DNA of 64,000 nucleotides from an uncultured Pseudobdellovibrionaceae bacterium (GCA_964519985.1 CAZFMF010000013.1:7515-71514), one strand, 5' to 3'; shown: positions 45,305 to 54,170, counted from the stretch's first letter. Translations and numbers: made by a program. Notes: generated from the letters alone by a model not told the origin.

Positions 45305-46009
45305 ATGCGCCAATCCTTCATCTATCTCCTGCTCTTGTTGACCGGATCGCATGAAATGGGCTTCGCGGTTACCCCACCGCTGACGTGCGAACAGTTGCTC
45401 AATATCGCCGTTCGAACCCGGCTTGCCGGTGCCAAGCGACTGAAATCGGCGGAAACCGTTGCATTGCCAATGGGCGAATTCACCTACGAGATTATTCTGG
45501 GAGGGAGCGGTGCTAACTATCTAACGACGGATCACCGGTTTGTAGTGAAGTTTTACAATGGGTACCAGCGGGCCTTCGCCTACTACGAATTCCTTGCGTT
45601 GGAGTTTCTTCATGAGCGTGGCTACTCGGTCTCACGCCCACTGGGTGAACCCGTCGTCGTTCCAGTGCGATCTCTGGGGCCGCAGACAGCTTCCGAAGTG
45701 TTTGGAGAGTGCGTTTGGGTAGTGGTGAAGCCGTTCGTGCCGGGAATCGAGGTCGAAGGACTGGATGGTTTGGACCACTACGCGTTGGAGCGCGCGGACT
45801 TAGCGGAGTTGAAACAGAAGATAGATTTTGAGTTCGAGTCGGGTGGCTTCAAGCGGTGGTTAGAAGCCCGCGGTGTTTTGATTGACGAGGTTTTCGATGT
45901 GGGAGAATCGCACGACGATCCGCCGGAAGTGAGAGTGCAAGGCAGTCCGGATACGAAGGACGAGAATTTCATTCGCACGCTGACCCACTGGTTTTTCGTC
46001 GATCCCTAA
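45305..46009 (+). CDS. exported hypothetical protein with faint protein-kinase-like motifs
   Basis: Signal-like MRQSFIYLLLLLTGSHEMGFA. GGSGANYL...FVVKF (Gly-loop/Lys-like) and PDTKDENFI (catalytic-loop-like). Weak, from pattern only. Confidence 0.5.
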   Translation: MRQSFIYLLLLLTGSHEMGFAVTPPLTCEQLLNIAVRTRLAGAKRLKSAETVALPMGEFTYEIILGGSGANYLTTDHRFVVKFYNGYQRAFAYYEFLALEFLHERGYSVSRPLGEPVVVPVRSLGPQTASEVFGECVWVVVKPFVPGIEVEGLDGLDHYALERADLAELKQKIDFEFESGGFKRWLEARGVLIDEVFDVGESHDDPPEVRVQGSPDTKDENFIRTLTHWFFVDP

Positions 46010-46026
46010 CCTGGATACAAATAGAG

Positions 46027-46110
46027 TGCCTCCGGAGAGAATCGAACTCTCACTCCCGTGAAGGAACCGGATTTTGAGTCCGGCGCGTCTACCAATTCCG
46101 CCACAGAGGC
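46027..46110 (-). tRNA. tRNA-Leu (anticodon CAA), class II
   Basis: Reverse complement GCCTCTGTGGCGGAATTGGTAGACGCGCCGGACTCAAAATCCGGTTCCTTCACGGGAGTGAGAGTTCGATTCTCTCCGGAGGCA. Acceptor GCCTCTG/CGGAGGC, anticodon loop CTCAAAA, T arm GAGAG-TTCGATT-CTCTC. Confidence 0.9.
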
Positions 46111-46288
46111 CCAATAGGGACTTCAATTCAGAGCAACGGGTTTATCAGGGGCCCGTTTTCAACGTCAAGATAAGAGGCTGATTCTTTAAGGTTTTAGGTG
46201 TCCAGATTCTGCATATTGATGCGGAGCGTTGGGAACCGCTAAAATAGCGGGACCCCCTTCGGCCTATGCCGCAGGGTCGGGAGGCACA

Positions 46289-46768
46289 ATGAAGTACGTT
46301 CCGCGAATGCCGATCCCATGGGACATGGTCGTGTTCCTGACCATCACCACTACTGGATTCGGATTCTCAGTCCATCGACTACTCGATGAAAAACGGTTTG
46401 CACTCGCACCCGATCGTCAGATCAGTTTGGAGTCACCCACGAGCGAGGCCGTTCCGGCCACCGCCGACTTGGGTTGCCTTGAGCGCAGTCTGCCCACGCA
46501 ACAGCTGAAGAGCGAAGCGGGGACGATCCGCTTGCGGGGTCGTTTTTGCCATCTTTCGAGCCGCGCGATGCGCTCGTTCGACGGCATTCAGATACGTAAC
46601 TTAACGAATGGTTTTGAAGGCACCGTCTTCTTTCAAGGGTACGACGCTTCGTTTGTTACCGACTACGTCTTGCTGAAACCGGGTCGCAATGAAATCCAAA
46701 TCGAGTGGCGCGAAAGCGCCGCGAAGCCCGTGCGCAAAGTCCTCGCTGAAGTCTACGATCACCAATAA
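46289..46768 (+). CDS. membrane-anchored hypothetical protein
   Basis: GGGAGG Shine-Dalgarno sequence, ATG 46289, one N-terminal helix (WDMVVFLTITTTGFGFSV). Confidence 0.55.
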   Translation: MKYVPRMPIPWDMVVFLTITTTGFGFSVHRLLDEKRFALAPDRQISLESPTSEAVPATADLGCLERSLPTQQLKSEAGTIRLRGRFCHLSSRAMRSFDGIQIRNLTNGFEGTVFFQGYDASFVTDYVLLKPGRNEIQIEWRESAAKPVRKVLAEVYDHQ

Positions 46769-46773
46769 ACCCG

Positions 46774-47604
46774 TTAGAAATAATAACCGAGCGAAACCTG
46801 GTGCCGGTGCTCCGTGGTGAGCGGTCCGGTTGGTATCGTGGTCACAATGGCAGCGTTCAGTTTGGGCGAGAGCCAGCGACTGAGCGAGCCCTGGATGGCA
46901 TTGCCGTAGGGAAGGTACGTAATCGTGGCCGAGGGAAGGTCGCGGCCGAGGCTCGCGCTGACCCGCACGGCGAGGGAATCGGGTAGCGCTCCGCCCGAAA
47001 GCGAACTTACGAAACGGGCGTGATAAATCCCGGCACCCCACGTCTCCGCGACAATCTCCATTTTCGAGAAATCGGTCAAAACGTCATAACCCAATTGCAA
47101 GCGGGGGGCGTTCTTCGCCTTTGAGAAGCTCACCGTCGTGTTTTTCACCTGGTTCATTTGCTGCTGCACGCGCTGCACCTGGCGTTTCAAATGGGCGGGC
47201 ACGTTCCGGGGAGTAAAGGCATTGCGGATCATCGCATCGATGCGCGTGCGCAAGACGCCGGAGGCGAATTGCTTGCGCATATCACTCTCACCAATCACCG
47301 TCAGCGCACCCATTTGTTGGAATTCGACCCCGTTTTGATCCAGGGGGGAGAAGCGCGTCTGCATTTCGTGGTAGCGCCAGGTGTCGGCATAACTGCGGGC
47401 CAGACTGCCATCGGTCGAGGAGACATAATTTTGGTAGAGCCAATCTTGAACCGGTGGTTTGGGCAGTTCCATCAGATGCTCGATGTGGCCGTCGGACGCG
47501 GCGGCGATAGCGGCCATTTGGCGGTCGCCTTCGGCGTAGGCGGTGGCCGGCGAAAAGGCGACAAGCCACGCCAGCACGAGTCGCACCCCGCGCGGCGCTG
47601 CCAT
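46774..47604 (-). CDS. outer-membrane-like exported protein (C-terminal ...SLGYYF)
   Basis: Signal peptide MAAPRGVRLVLAWLVAFSPATAYA and a terminal aromatic residue typical of beta-barrel OMPs. The GTG at 47667 is an alternative start. Confidence 0.6.
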   Translation of the reverse strand: MAAPRGVRLVLAWLVAFSPATAYAEGDRQMAAIAAASDGHIEHLMELPKPPVQDWLYQNYVSSTDGSLARSYADTWRYHEMQTRFSPLDQNGVEFQQMGALTVIGESDMRKQFASGVLRTRIDAMIRNAFTPRNVPAHLKRQVQRVQQQMNQVKNTTVSFSKAKNAPRLQLGYDVLTDFSKMEIVAETWGAGIYHARFVSSLSGGALPDSLAVRVSASLGRDLPSATITYLPYGNAIQGSLSRWLSPKLNAAIVTTIPTGPLTTEHRHQVSLGYYF

Positions 47605-47702
47605 GGCCTTGTTCCAACTCCCAACCACGAGTCTCACGTCTTCATCCCTCAAACCGGCCCGCGGCACCTTGGCCCGCGAGAGCCTGTCTAGCGCCTAGGC
47701 GG

Positions 47703-47719
47703 GAGCAAGACGAATGCCA
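47703..47719 (-). promoter_or_regulatory. sigma-54 (-24/-12) promoter, TGGCAT-N5-TTGCTC
   Basis: Minus strand reads CACCTGGCATTCGTCTTGCTCCC, intergenic. The 8-bp palindromes GATGCATC (47735-47742) and CGCATGCG (47747-47754) lie just upstream. Confidence 0.7.
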
Positions 47720-47827
47720 GGTGAAGACCGGACGGATGCATCGTTCGCATGCGTGATTTTCAAAGCGGGAGGTGAAAACAGGGTGTCGAGTTCTTAGGCA
47801 GGGCCGTAAATGGGCCGCGCAGAGACT

Positions 47828-48907
47828 TTATTTGGCGCTGGCGAGTGAGCGGTCGGCAGCCGGCTTAGCCACCGGATTCTTCCCGAGACGTTTATCTTCG
47901 GTTTTCAGTTTGGAAAAGCGCAGCGTTGCATACTCGAAAATATTCGCGCGTTCCGCGGGCGCCGCATCGCCACCATTCCACATTTGGCCCGCGCCGCCTT
48001 CCAGGCTTTCCCCGTCGCCGGGCTCGCCCATCAATTGACTCATCAAGGCGTCGAAAGCTTCCTCGCCTTTGCCGCCACGTTCGCCGGCATCCGATCCCCC
48101 GCTCGCACTGGGACCGGCTTCGCTGGAAATGCCGCTGCGACGACCGCCGCGCGACGGGCCTTCTTCGGCCGCGACTTGGGTCGCACCGGCGTTGCTGCTC
48201 CCACCGCCCTGGGATCCCATGGAGGTATTGGGCAGCGGCATGAAGCCCGCTCCGGACGTGAGCGGCAGGCCCGCGTTCTTTTGGCTGTCATCAAACTGCA
48301 ATTTGCCCTTATCAATGGGATCCAGCGGGGTCGCGGGAGGCGTCGCCTGGGCCTGGAGCTTTTCTTTCGGCTCGCCTTCGGCGGCGACGGGAGCTCCTTT
48401 ATTGGCGTTGAGATCCGGCTTGAAGGTCGGGGCGATGGCAATTTCGTCCGCCGGGGATTCACCGGGCGCGCGCGATGGGGCGTTGTCGTCGAAGGTGATC
48501 TTGGCTTCCTTGATTTCGCCCTGAAGCTCCATTTTGCCGGCTTCGAATTTGGCCTGTTTCGGAATATCGGCCTGAGAAAGTTCCTTGCGACCTTTGTCGT
48601 TTTCCGCGGCGCTCTTTTCGAGTTCCGACGCCTGCATGCACTGCTGGCTAGCGACCATCATCATCATCATTTTGGTCTGCTTGTCAGCTTCCTTCATCGC
48701 CTCTTTCATCATCATCATGCAGTTCACTTTGCCCATGGCGGCGCCGGCCGCCGCCGCTTTGGCCGCGGCCTTGGAACCCATCATGCGATCTTGCTGTTGG
48801 GGAGCTTGCGAAGGGGTCATCTTACCGTCGGTCACCTTCGCGTCTTCGGCGCGTAGGGATCCGGCGATCAATGTCAGCAGAACAAAAATTTGCAGCGTGT
48901 GCTTCAT
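47828..48907 (-). CDS. exported low-complexity protein with Met-cluster/two-Cys motif (paralog B)
   Basis: Signal peptide MKHTLQIFVLLTLIAGSLRA. CMMMMKEAMKEADKQTKMMMMMVASQQCMQ. Conserved C-terminal NIFEYATLRFSKLK. Its ATG overlaps the upstream stop (TAATG). Confidence 0.7.
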   Translation of the reverse strand: MKHTLQIFVLLTLIAGSLRAEDAKVTDGKMTPSQAPQQQDRMMGSKAAAKAAAAGAAMGKVNCMMMMKEAMKEADKQTKMMMMMVASQQCMQASELEKSAAENDKGRKELSQADIPKQAKFEAGKMELQGEIKEAKITFDDNAPSRAPGESPADEIAIAPTFKPDLNANKGAPVAAEGEPKEKLQAQATPPATPLDPIDKGKLQFDDSQKNAGLPLTSGAGFMPLPNTSMGSQGGGSSNAGATQVAAEEGPSRGGRRSGISSEAGPSASGGSDAGERGGKGEEAFDALMSQLMGEPGDGESLEGGAGQMWNGGDAAPAERANIFEYATLRFSKLKTEDKRLGKNPVAKPAADRSLASAK

Positions 48908-49992
48908 TATCGAGTCACCATGGCCACACGGCCTTTTTTGATATCGCCTTCCCGTTTGGACTTGCGGAAGCGATAGCTGGCGTACTGGAAAATATTGGGC
49001 GCGTTGCTGGCCGAAGGCGCTTTGGCGACGGCAACGTCGGCTAGTTGCGCGCCGGCATGTAGGGCACCTTCTTCGGGCCCACCCATGATCTTGGCGAGCA
49101 TGCTTCCGACATCATTGTCTCCACCGCCGGAACGTCCGGAGTGTCCGGTGTCTCCGCCCGCGCCCTCGCCGTGCGATTCGACTCCCAAACCCTTCTTATT
49201 TTGGCGTCCCTTGGCGTTTTTCAAACCGTCCATCGCCTCGAGGGTTCCCGAAGCCAGTTGGCGTAACGCATCGTTGGAGAATCCGCCCAGGGCAAAACCC
49301 GAAGTCGTCGTCGGACCGGTAACCGCTCCAGGAGTGGTGCCGCCGCCTTTGCTTTGCTCGTCGAAAGTCAGGGCGGGGTTTTCAATCGGCTTGAGTTGCG
49401 AAATGGATTCGCCCCGGGCGCCCGAGCCACCTCCGCCTGTCGACCAATCGATATCGGGGCCTTGATCGAAAACTTGCACCGGCGGTGCATTATCCGAGTT
49501 GGCGTCGGCGATCTCGCTCGGCGTTTCGCTGGAAGTCGTGGGATTCGCCGCCGCCGCTTGCTTTGTTTCGCTCTGTCGGTAGTCCTTCACTTCGGGCTTA
49601 TACGGGAGATCCACTTTAGGATCGTCGGTAGCCGAAAGCTTTTGTTTCGAATCGTTGTTTTGCGCGGCGGAGGCCGCGTTCTGTGCGGCCTGCGCGCATT
49701 GCTGCATGGCTTGCGCGCGGAGCTGGGCTTTTTTCGATTCGTCCTGTTCCTCTTGCGCTTGTTTTAAAAGCATCGCACAGCTGATTCCGGCCATCGCGGC
49801 ACCTACGGCGGCCATCGCCGCGGCGGCACCCGCACCATCTTGGCGGTCCTGCGGTTGCTGCTGTGGTTTGGCGGGGGCGGCCAGCTGGGGTAGGGCAACG
49901 TCGGGTGTGCTCGTAATGGGGCCGTCTTCGGCGTAAGTGGGCCGTGTCACGGCGGTCGCCGCCGCTACCCACAGAACCACTAAGTGCTTCAT
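48907..49992 (-). CDS. exported low-complexity protein with two-Cys motif (paralog A)
   Basis: Start trimmed to MKHLVVLWVAAATAVTRPTYA. ...GAAMAGISCAMLLKQAQ...AMQQCAQAAQ. C-terminal NIFQYASYRFRKSK. Confidence 0.7.
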   Translation of the reverse strand: MKHLVVLWVAAATAVTRPTYAEDGPITSTPDVALPQLAAPAKPQQQPQDRQDGAGAAAAMAAVGAAMAGISCAMLLKQAQEEQDESKKAQLRAQAMQQCAQAAQNAASAAQNNDSKQKLSATDDPKVDLPYKPEVKDYRQSETKQAAAANPTTSSETPSEIADANSDNAPPVQVFDQGPDIDWSTGGGGSGARGESISQLKPIENPALTFDEQSKGGGTTPGAVTGPTTTSGFALGGFSNDALRQLASGTLEAMDGLKNAKGRQNKKGLGVESHGEGAGGDTGHSGRSGGGDNDVGSMLAKIMGGPEEGALHAGAQLADVAVAKAPSASNAPNIFQYASYRFRKSKREGDIKKGRVAMVTR

Positions 49993-50040
49993 TCCAAATC
50001 GACGCATAGCCTGCCTTACGCACTGTATTCTGCAAGGCCA

Positions 50041-50056
50041 GGTCCATTTATAAGTT
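50041..50056 (-). promoter_or_regulatory. weaker sigma-54-type promoter candidate (TGGACC-N5-TTGCAG)
   Basis: Minus strand reads TAAATGGACCTGGCCTTGCAG, about 45 nt upstream of ATG 49992. An AT-rich tract lies upstream. Two mismatches in the -24 hexamer. Confidence 0.35.
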
Positions 50057-50172
50057 GTTGATTTTATTGATATTAAATTGTGAAAGCCTGTATACCAACT
50101 GGACGCTGCGTGGCCTCTTGGGCGGCCTGAAAATCGCTGGAATATCGCCATGTTTTGAGATAGGAACGAGGC

Positions 50173-50457
50173 ATGGAAAGACACAAGTCCGCATTGAAAG
50201 CAGCCCGGCAGTCAGAAAAACGACGGGCCCACAACACCACCCTTCGCTCCAACTACAAAACGGTCGTGAAAAAACTCCGGTCGGAGATCACTAAGGCCGC
50301 GGGCGGAAAAGGTAGCAAAGAAGTACTCGTGGGCGCGCTGAACGAAGTTCAGAGCGTTTTGATGAAAGCCGCCAACCGCAATTTGATTAAGGCGCGCGGG
50401 GCTTCTCGCCGAATCGCGCGTTTGAGCGCCGCCGTTAGCAAAGCCTTGGCGTCGTAA
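50173..50457 (+). CDS. rpsT: 30S ribosomal protein S20
   Basis: HKSALKAARQSEKRRAHNTTLRS...NRNLIKARGASRRIARLS is typical S20. Confidence 0.9.
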   Translation: MERHKSALKAARQSEKRRAHNTTLRSNYKTVVKKLRSEITKAAGGKGSKEVLVGALNEVQSVLMKAANRNLIKARGASRRIARLSAAVSKALAS

Positions 50458-50470
50458 GACGTCTTTTCTT

Positions 50471-51052
50471 TCAACAAGGGTGTCCGGGATACTTGGGGAA
50501 CTGCGGGTCGACGTGTGACGACCAAGCCTCGACCCCGCCTTCCAGCACCCGAACGTTTTCAAACCCACAATCCGCCAGGTAGATCGCCGCGTCTAAGCTG
50601 CGTACCCCGAAGTGGCAGTAAAAAGCCAACGGGGTTTGCTTCGGCCACGTTTTGAGGGCCTCTTCCATTAGTTTCCGATCAAAGGGAAGGGATCCGGGCA
50701 AGACTCCCCACTCGCGTTCCCAGTTTTCTCGTACATCCAAGAGCACCGGCTTGCGTTCGGAGTCCATCCACGCCTTTAGTTCGGGCGCCGAAATGAATCG
50801 AGCGCGACTGCGTTCTTCGAGTTGGAACTGCATGAAGGTGATCTGTGGCGGCGGAAGGTGATGCGATCGCGTGAAATCCAGAAAACACAGCGCACTTTCT
50901 TCTTCGGTGGCGACGATTCCGAATCGAGAGCGCAAAAAACTCCCAAAAGCGGGGTAGTGGGAAAGAATTTCACTGATCGAAGTGTCCTCCGCGATGCGGG
51001 GAAGAGGGTTTAAAAGTCTCGAAAACCATTTTTTTAGAAAATTTCTGAACAT
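50471..51052 (-). CDS. rhodanese-domain sulfurtransferase-like protein
   Basis: C-terminal rhodanese fold with active-site loop CHFGVRS. VLLDVRENWE. Confidence 0.8.
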   Translation of the reverse strand: MFRNFLKKWFSRLLNPLPRIAEDTSISEILSHYPAFGSFLRSRFGIVATEEESALCFLDFTRSHHLPPPQITFMQFQLEERSRARFISAPELKAWMDSERKPVLLDVRENWEREWGVLPGSLPFDRKLMEEALKTWPKQTPLAFYCHFGVRSLDAAIYLADCGFENVRVLEGGVEAWSSHVDPQFPKYPGHPC

Positions 51053-51298
51053 TTTCTTTTTTACCCACCGGCGCGACGCCAGCCAGTTTATCGACGATAA
51101 AACTGATTAAATGATAACTGACTTCGTTTCGATCGCGCTAAGATGTTTGAAAGCGTTGAATAATTTCTTGATAAAGAAAAAGTTTTGCGTAAAACTTGCT
51201 ACAGGTGAAGGCAGCAAGAGTCAGTAATGGCTTAGAGATGCAACAACCAAAATCACGTAAACGCAAACACCTTATCCATTCAATTGGGGGATAAAACC

Positions 51299-51394
51299 AT
51301 GGCCAAGAAAAAAGCCGCCAAAAAGGCGAAAAAAGCGACGAAGAAAACTGCGAAAAAGATGACCAAGAAAAAAGCGACTCGCAAAAAGAAGTAA
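51299..51394 (+). CDS. 31-aa Lys/Ala-rich microprotein (histone H1-tail-like composition)
   Basis: GGGGGA Shine-Dalgarno sequence 8 nt upstream. MAKKKAAKKAKKATKKTAKKMTKKKATRKKK*. Its own intrinsic terminator follows. Below the ORF-track size cut-off. Confidence 0.45.
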   Translation: MAKKKAAKKAKKATKKTAKKMTKKKATRKKK

Positions 51395-51418
51395 CTTTCT
51401 TCGAAGCCTTAAAAAGAA

Positions 51419-51460
51419 TTCGGCGGCCTGGGAGAATATCCCGGCCGCCGAAACTTTTTT
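51419..51460 (+). terminator. rho-independent terminator
   Basis: TTCGGCGGCC(T)GGG-AGAATAT-CCCGGCCGCCGAA followed by ACTTTTTT. Confidence 0.75.
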
Positions 51461-51469
51461 GCCGTCCTG

Positions 51470-51550
51470 AAAGGTGCCCGTCTACTTTCGGGACTGGAGT
51501 CACCGAAAGGCGGGAGCCTTTAAAGGTACCGAAAGTAGACGGGCACCTTT
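51470..51550. terminator. 22-bp perfect inverted repeat with 37-nt loop, between the microprotein gene and the flagellin stop
   Basis: AAAGGTGCCCGTCTACTTTCGG (51470-51491) pairs with CCGAAAGTAGACGGGCACCTTT (51529-51550). T-run on the plus side. Lies directly after the fliC stop on the minus side. Confidence 0.6.
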
Positions 51551-51551
51551 T

Positions 51552-52382
51552 TTACCCTAAGAGCTTCAGCGCGAGGGCCGGCATCTGGTTGGCTTGCGCC
51601 AGAATCGCCACACTCGCTTGGTTCAGAATATTCGATTTCGCGTACTCCGCCGTCTCGAACGCCATGTCCGCATCGCGAATCATGGAGAAGGCACCCGAGA
51701 TGTTCTCCTGATAGACCATCAAGCTACGCATGGTCGTTTCCAGTCGGGCTTCCCCGGCGCCGATGGCGCCGCGGACTTCGGCGATCACTTCGAGAGCGTT
51801 TCCGATCGGGTCCAGCGCCTTGCGGGCTTTTTCGACCGTAGTGACGTCCAATTTCTTGATCCCCAGACTCTCCGTGTTGATCTTGAATCCAGTGCTGATT
51901 TGGATTCGGTCAACTTTCGGGTTGTTGTTCGGACCCACCTGAATGGCGATGGTTTCTCCTTCGCCATTCAAGAGCGGTCGACCGTTGAAGAGGGTGGATT
52001 CCGAGATTCGGTCCAACTCCAGCTTCAGCGCTTGGTATTCGTGGTTCAGATAACCACGCTCCTTGTCGCCGTTTGTGTCCGAGGCCGCTTGTACCGCAAG
52101 CTCTTTCATTCGGATACAGATGTTGGTGATCTCGTTGATGGCGTTGTCGGCCGTCTCGAGCATGAAGAACGCATTTTGTGTGTTCTTGATGTTCTGCCCA
52201 GTCGCGCGCATCGTGGAGCGCAAGTTTTCCGATATCGCGAGTCCCGCGGCATCGTCCTTGGCTTTGATGATGCCGGAGCCCGACGCCAACTTATTCTGCG
52301 TGTGCTCTAGCTTTTCGCGGTTGTCGTGCAACTTATGTTGCGCCACAAGCGACTGAACGTTCGTTTTTATGCGCAGTCCCAT
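51552..52382 (-). CDS. fliC: flagellin
   Basis: N-terminal MGLRIKTNVQSLVAQ...LASGSGIIKAKDDAAGLAISE and C-terminal ILAQANQMPALALKLLG conserved flagellin D0/D1 segments. Confidence 0.9.
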   Translation of the reverse strand: MGLRIKTNVQSLVAQHKLHDNREKLEHTQNKLASGSGIIKAKDDAAGLAISENLRSTMRATGQNIKNTQNAFFMLETADNAINEITNICIRMKELAVQAASDTNGDKERGYLNHEYQALKLELDRISESTLFNGRPLLNGEGETIAIQVGPNNNPKVDRIQISTGFKINTESLGIKKLDVTTVEKARKALDPIGNALEVIAEVRGAIGAGEARLETTMRSLMVYQENISGAFSMIRDADMAFETAEYAKSNILNQASVAILAQANQMPALALKLLG

Positions 52383-52570
52383 ACATCCTCCGTTGAACTC
52401 CCCCCGCGAATCATTTCGCGGGAAAGCGGTTTCCTTACCGCTGTGGGAGACGAGACTCTATCTATGGTTCGATTCGGTGGAAAATGAAGGAAGGTTGAGG
52501 AAAAAATGAAGGAACCGACATATTCTTTTGCGGCACCGCGTCGCCAGCTTGTCCTGCTATACTTTTTCCA

Positions 52571-53380
52571 ATGAAAAAACGGCTGCTTCTCATTGATGAA
52601 AGTCTGACCGTGCAGAAGGTGGTCGCGCTGACTTTGGACCGCGAACGCTTCACGGTCGCTAACGCGAAGTCTCGATCGGAAGCAATGAAGGTGGTGCTCG
52701 AAGCTCCGCCCGACCTGATTTTGGTGAGCGATCAAGTGACCGGGCTTACGGCCGCTTCCTTTCCCAAGGAAGTCGAGACCTGGGTGGGGCGCGACCGCCG
52801 CATTCCACCGCTGGTGCTCATCACGGGGCAGGAATTGAAAGAGCAACGTGGCTACCGTGCGGTGCTCAAGAAGCCCTTTGCGCCTCAGGCGCTCCAGAAT
52901 ATTGTCAATGAAGCGCTGGCGGATGCGCCGGGAACGTCCGGAGAAGATTCGGACGACCGAATGCAAAGAGTTTTCAATGATGCGTTCTCCGATGAAGCCG
53001 GATTGGTCTCGGAGACTTTGCGGACGGAAGTGGATGAAAGCGAAGACACGCTGCTCACCATCCCCGCCCCCTCCCGGGAGGGAGGCGCAAAGACCGGACG
53101 GCGTTCGCCGCCCCCGGTCGAAAGTGTAGCCGAGCTTTGGGGAAAAACCGAAGCTCCTGAACCCGGAGGCGTCGTGCAGGTACTCGGAGCGGATGATTCA
53201 ATGGCTTACAAGGCCCAGCTGGAAAAAGAAGTCCGGCGGCAGTTGGAGTCCCACGATTTAGAAGATATTGTGCACCGCTTGCTCGAAAAGCTCGTTCCAC
53301 CGATTGTGGAGCGCCTGGCGCAACAGCGTTTGGATCAGCTTCTAAAGGAGAGCGAAAACTTTGTTGAGCTCAAACCCTGA
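52571..53380 (+). CDS. response-regulator receiver (REC) domain protein with uncharacterised acidic C-terminal region
   Basis: LLLIDES, DLILVSD, KKPF receiver landmarks. No recognisable output domain. Confidence 0.75.
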   Translation: MKKRLLLIDESLTVQKVVALTLDRERFTVANAKSRSEAMKVVLEAPPDLILVSDQVTGLTAASFPKEVETWVGRDRRIPPLVLITGQELKEQRGYRAVLKKPFAPQALQNIVNEALADAPGTSGEDSDDRMQRVFNDAFSDEAGLVSETLRTEVDESEDTLLTIPAPSREGGAKTGRRSPPPVESVAELWGKTEAPEPGGVVQVLGADDSMAYKAQLEKEVRRQLESHDLEDIVHRLLEKLVPPIVERLAQQRLDQLLKESENFVELKP

Positions 53381-54170
53381 GACTCGGCCCATAGCGCATG
53401 AAGTCTTCAAGCGGATCCACCGCGTGGAGACTATCGAATCCACCAACCAGGCCCTGAAGGAACTCTACCAACAGGGCGGGAAGGCGGGGACGGTCGTCAT
53501 TGCCGAAACCCAGACCAAGGGTCGGGGACGGGGCGATCATGTCTGGCATTCGCCTAAGGGCGGTGTCTATCTCTCCGCGTTACTCGCACCGTCCGATCCG
53601 CGCCGCGCCACGGATCTCTCATTAGTAGCGGGAGTGGCGGTGGCGCAGGCCGTGCGGGATCTCCTACCCAAGGCCGTGGAAGTTGGCTTGAAATGGCCGA
53701 ATGACTGTCTGCTGAACTGGAAAAAGGTGGGCGGTGTGCTCTGTGAGCAAATTGCCGAAGACGCGAGTGGTTTATGCGTGGTGGGCATTGGGATTAATGT
53801 GAACCTCACTCCCGAGCAGCTACAGCCGTTCGTTTCGAATCCGTTTTCCGCGACTTCTTTTTTAATTGAGTGCCCCGGCGGCGATTTTAAAGTCAGTCGG
53901 GTAGCGGAAATCGTCCTGAAAAAGCTCGAGAACATCTACTCTTCGTATCGCCAACGTGGGTTTCAGAGCATCCAGTACCTCTGGGAGCGCAATTGTGCTT
54001 TGGTGGGAAAAAAGGTAGAAATCACCGTCTCGGACAAGCCGGCCCCGAACAACAAAGCGGTTGGGGTTTTCCTGGGAATTGATGACCAGGGCGCCATGGT
54101 TTTGGCCACGGGCCAAAAGGGCGAGCGCCGGCGCTTCGTTTCAGGTGAGCTGACGTGTTACTGGCGATAG
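53361..54170 (+). CDS. birA: biotin--[acetyl-CoA-carboxylase] ligase
   Basis: TIESTNQ...AETQTKGRGRGDHVWHSPKGG...KWPNDC motifs. TTG start. Confidence 0.85.
   Translation: MLSSNPETRPIAHEVFKRIHRVETIESTNQALKELYQQGGKAGTVVIAETQTKGRGRGDHVWHSPKGGVYLSALLAPSDPRRATDLSLVAGVAVAQAVRDLLPKAVEVGLKWPNDCLLNWKKVGGVLCEQIAEDASGLCVVGIGINVNLTPEQLQPFVSNPFSATSFLIECPGGDFKVSRVAEIVLKKLENIYSSYRQRGFQSIQYLWERNCALVGKKVEITVSDKPAPNNKAVGVFLGIDDQGAMVLATGQKGERRRFVSGELTCYWR

Noticed and set aside
52383-52570. Attempt to place a sigma-28 (TAAA-N15-GCCGATAA) or sigma-54 promoter upstream of the flagellin gene.
   Set aside because: Only loose matches were found (for example CCGAATC). A GG..GC candidate has the wrong spacing by one nt. 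I cannot support a call by eye. The 5' UTR hairpin CCCGCGAA-ATGA-TTCGCGGG was noted but not interpreted.
53268-53286. TGTGCACCGCTTGCTC, which resembles the promoter at 55177.
   Set aside because: It lacks the GG dinucleotide, has a 4-nt rather than 5-nt spacer, and lies within the REC-protein coding region.
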